Source of the DNA: the human T2T-CHM13v2.0 reference genome, Homo sapiens
DNA length: 64,000 nt
Reading direction: 5' to 3' (one strand)
NCBI RefSeq assembly: GCF_009914755.1
Contig: NC_060926.1
Shown here: in pieces, positions 60,613 to 64,000 of the stretch
Layout: each line of letters starts with the position of its first letter
How positions within the stretch are numbered: the stretch's first letter is position 1
Program-made: the position numbers and the translations under genes
The notes under the pieces: model-generated
Databases searched by the model: none
What the model was told of the DNA's origin: nothing
The model's input: only the letters and a program-made list of their open reading frames with translations

Positions 60613-61719
60613 TATAATACAAAAAGTAACTGGAGGCAGTGCCGTATGTTATAGAGGAAGCTTTGGGTAATTTTGAGAGGGTTATGTGCTGCAGACATTC
60701 AGCACTGAAATAAGGCAAGTAATTTGAGTTATTTATTAAAGGACAGGTGATTAAGCTGTGTGATTGAGAGACTTGGGAATGGTGCATACCTTTTATTTAT
60801 TTCCCTGAATTTGGTAAAACTCAGTGTAGATAATAAATTATGCAACTGAATACCTGTGGAGTCACTCCTGTTTGGCTTGTAAAAATGGAAGCTCTACGTC
60901 TTGTCTGGATTGTAGCAAGTTGCTGTTTAGATGCTCCCTCTGTGCTCTTTTCCTACCCACAGTGAGTAGATGGGAGTCAATAGATTATCTCTTTATTTTT
61001 GCTTGGTTTCACGTGAATTAGAAGAAAAAAGATGTCAGCAGAATTTAAGATGCAGAGATAACTGCATGGAAGTAAGAGACATCTGAAGTGGTGTCCTACT
61101 GCATCACAGATTATCAGGACTCATTTCAGGTCTGTTGCTTGGTTTTCTTAATTTGTCATTGTTTGAACCCATTTCTGGATACTAAGCTTCCTTTTTTGGA
61201 TTTATGTCTCACAGCCTTATATGTTCATCAATTTTCACCTTGGCTGAATTGGCCGCCCAATCCTTCCCCTTAAACATGTACTTTTCATTCCATTTATCCA
61301 TTGTAGTTATATCTATCTGGTTGCCACCCCTGAATTCAAGTTATTTGTGTTCATGGAGTAATTTTTAACAACTTTATCAAAGCGTTTTTATAATGCCAGT
61401 TTATACCCCTGTTCCCTTCGTCCCATCCCTATATCCTTTCTCCCATCTAATGGAAACTGATGCAAGTTATCGCCCCTTGCAGCTCTTCAGCTTCCCCTTG
61501 CCAGCATCTCAAATTACATATAGTGAGTGCCAAACCCAGACATTTGATCTATTCCTCTTGTTCACAACAGTTTCTGCTTGTGGCCTATGACGCAACTGAA
61601 ATATGATAATAGAAACTTATTCAGTCTTAGGAATTTTTTTAGTGTAGAAATTGAGACTCAGATTGACATATATATATAACTTTTGTTAATTTCAATATGT
61701 GCCTCAAATTCCAAACCTT

Positions 61720-62149
61720 ATGGGTTTGTGTTGCTATAAAGCAATACCTGAGGGTGGGTAATTTATGAAGAAAAAAAGATGTATTTTTCTCACAATTCTG
61801 GATGGTTGGAAAGTTCAAGATTGTACATCTGCATCTGGCGAGGACCTCAGGCTGCTGTCACTCTTGGCATAGGGTGACAGAGAGCCAGCTTATGCACAGA
61901 TCACACGGCAGGAGATGAAACGAGAAAGAGTGGGGAGGTACCAGGCTCTTTTTAAGAACTAGCCCATGCAGGAACTAATAGAGTTAGAACTAACACATCA
62001 CCGTGAGAATGGCACCACGACATCCATGAAGGATCCACCCCCATGGCCCAAACACCTCCTACTTAGGCCCCACCTCCCGACACCACCAAACTGGGGATAA
62101 AATTTCAACATGAGATTTGTTGGAAACAAAACATGTCCAAACCATAGCA
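61720..62149 (-). mobile_element. MSTB/MSTC-like MaLR LTR
   Basis: 'gttgctataaagcaatacctgag...caacatgagattt...ccaaaccatagca'. Confidence 0.88.
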
Positions 62150-62984
62150 GTTTATTTTGTGAAAGTGCTGAAGTTTGATGAGTATACTTCAATGATAAAA
62201 AAATTAATATTGGCTTTCTAATTTATTTATAAAATAGATACAAAAAAGTCATTATTTATATGTCATTACAATAATCACATTGGCTTGGTGGTATCTAATA
62301 AATTGGAGCCACATTGAAGTGAATTCTATACTATACCTCAGCATGTAAATTTACCTGAATTTTATGTCTTCAGTTGTAATTCTTCCAGTTATTTCTAGAC
62401 TATATGTAGTTTATATTTCTAGATATTCTCCTAGAAAAGAGATTTTTCATGTTAAAGTCCTTACCATAAGGAAGTTTGACTGTCATTCCAAAGAATCTAC
62501 TCTCTATCATTAATATAATAAGGAGATATGAAATGGAACATTTTACATTCATAACAACACAAAATTCTTATAAATTGCTGAAACATGAAATAACCAAATA
62601 AACTTTATTATTGAAATGGGTTTCTTTAGAACATAAATGTGTAATGTATCTTCTCAAACTTGTTAAATCATAAAGAAGTGCGGTGATTTAGTAACATGAA
62701 GCACAGTATATATAAAACTATGTAGCATAAAATGTTCAGCTGCTAAGGTAGCAGGAAGGTTCCAGGAGATATTTTCATAAATCTGGAAGTAGTTCACCTG
62801 TTTCATTGATTGTCCTCATTTCATTTACCTAAATAGTGGGTCGTGATTCTCCTGTCTTTGGAGTTTACAAATTTCCTTTAGTTGAATCTGTGTGTTTTGA
62901 AATGGTATTTCTTTCACGTATTAGAAAGTTGAATAACTTTGAAGAAAATGGAAATGACATTGTGTGGATTGTCGGAAAACTAGA

Positions 62985-63475
62985 AAGATGTGATACCTTT
63001 CTTTATAAGGGTCAGGACCAGCACTACTATAACAAAGGCATGTTAATAAGAGAAAAGCAAAACAAATTTGTTTAATCCAAGTTTTACATGACACAGAAAA
63101 CTTCAAAAATGAAAAGCTAAAATCCAGGGAAAACTGTCTATGTTTAGGTTTGATGAAGAATGGACAGTCGAGTAGAAATGTGATTGGACAAAAGGCTGTG
63201 CTGTAGTGGTAATAAACTGGAAGGGGAAACACAGAGAGGCCTGATGGTTCAGATTCTTCTGGCCTGCCTGTATGGCATTTCTTCTTTCGAGTACAGGGCA
63301 GGACCTCTCTGGAATGAAGGTCTTTAAGGAAAAGAAGAGAAGGTTTTATGGCTTGCTTTGTAGCAGATGGGTTCTAGTTTCTAAGACTCACCTTCGAGAA
63401 GAGAAATTCTGTTTTTTTTTTATGATTTTCTTCTGGGTAGAAAATGCGATGGGAGACAGGAGGGCAAGAGAATGT
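62985..63475 (-). mobile_element. ERV1 LTR (same group as 46557-47500)
   Basis: Shares 'taacaaa.g.ca....gagaaaagca...tacatgaca...ccagggaaaa...aggttttatggcttgctttgt...ttctagtttcta' with the 46.6-47.5 kb copy. Confidence 0.75.
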
Positions 63476-63954
63476 GTGTCGATGAGGTTTGGTCAGTGGT
63501 GACTTAGGAAACATTATTAGGCTGCTTATTTGCTTATATGTTGACTTTCCATAAATGATTTTTGAGTTGAATGTTATAAAATGTAAATCTTTATATTTTT
63601 ATTTTCACTTTGGATTTTTTTTCTCATAACATACCAGTCTACTAATTTTCAAGGAACATTCTTATTAGTATATTTAAAAGGCCAAAATAGTATTACTCTT
63701 ATTTAATAATTAATTTAATCACAGTTAGCTAAAATTTGACTTTATCCAACCTGAAGACTTTTCCTAGAGAAGTGCTTATATTCATAATTAAACTAAAATT
63801 TTAGTTCAGAAGTATAAAATGTTGCTGTCTAATTTAAGAATAAAATACAAGTTTTTAGAAAGTTGTGTGGAAAGTTTTACATTGGACGAGAAAGACCAAA
63901 GAATTGATACGATGTTTAAAAAGATTTGGGTTGAATCTATAAACTAATAATATG

Positions 63955-64000
63955 GGCCAGCGTGGTGGCTCACACCTGTAATCCCAGCACTTTGGCAGGC
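63955..64000 (+). mobile_element. Alu 5' end (runs off the window)
   Basis: ggccagcgtggtggctcacacctgtaatcccagcactttgg. Confidence 0.92.

Overview
AT-rich, CpG-depleted primate (most likely human) genomic DNA from an intergenic region or a long intron. It is not prokaryotic. I find no credible protein-coding gene, RNA gene, CRISPR array or operon. The supplied ORFs are read-throughs of Alu, L1 or LTR sequence, or chance low-complexity ORFs. The window is a mosaic of retroelement and DNA-transposon fossils: about 19 Alus, a near full-length antisense L1MA (34.1-43.3 kb) carrying a nested L1PA8-like insert that itself carries an AluSp, other L1 pieces, a Tigger3b, MaLR LTRs (THE1/MST/MLT1), ERVL (MLT2) and ERV1 (MER34/MER39/LTR48-like, MER67) LTRs, and L2, L3 and MIR relics. 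I do not see a new biological system. The notable items are small-scale: two twin-primed (5'-inverted) L1 insertions, a hybrid Alu monomer with intact target-site duplications (TSDs), a 63-bp copy of an L1's downstream flank inside its own 5' region, an AluY with an (AACT)12 tail, a candidate CTCF site, a duplicated hairpin/forkhead motif, and a few speculative exons. Subfamily calls were made by eye from remembered consensus features and boundaries are approximate, so they need RepeatMasker/Dfam confirmation.
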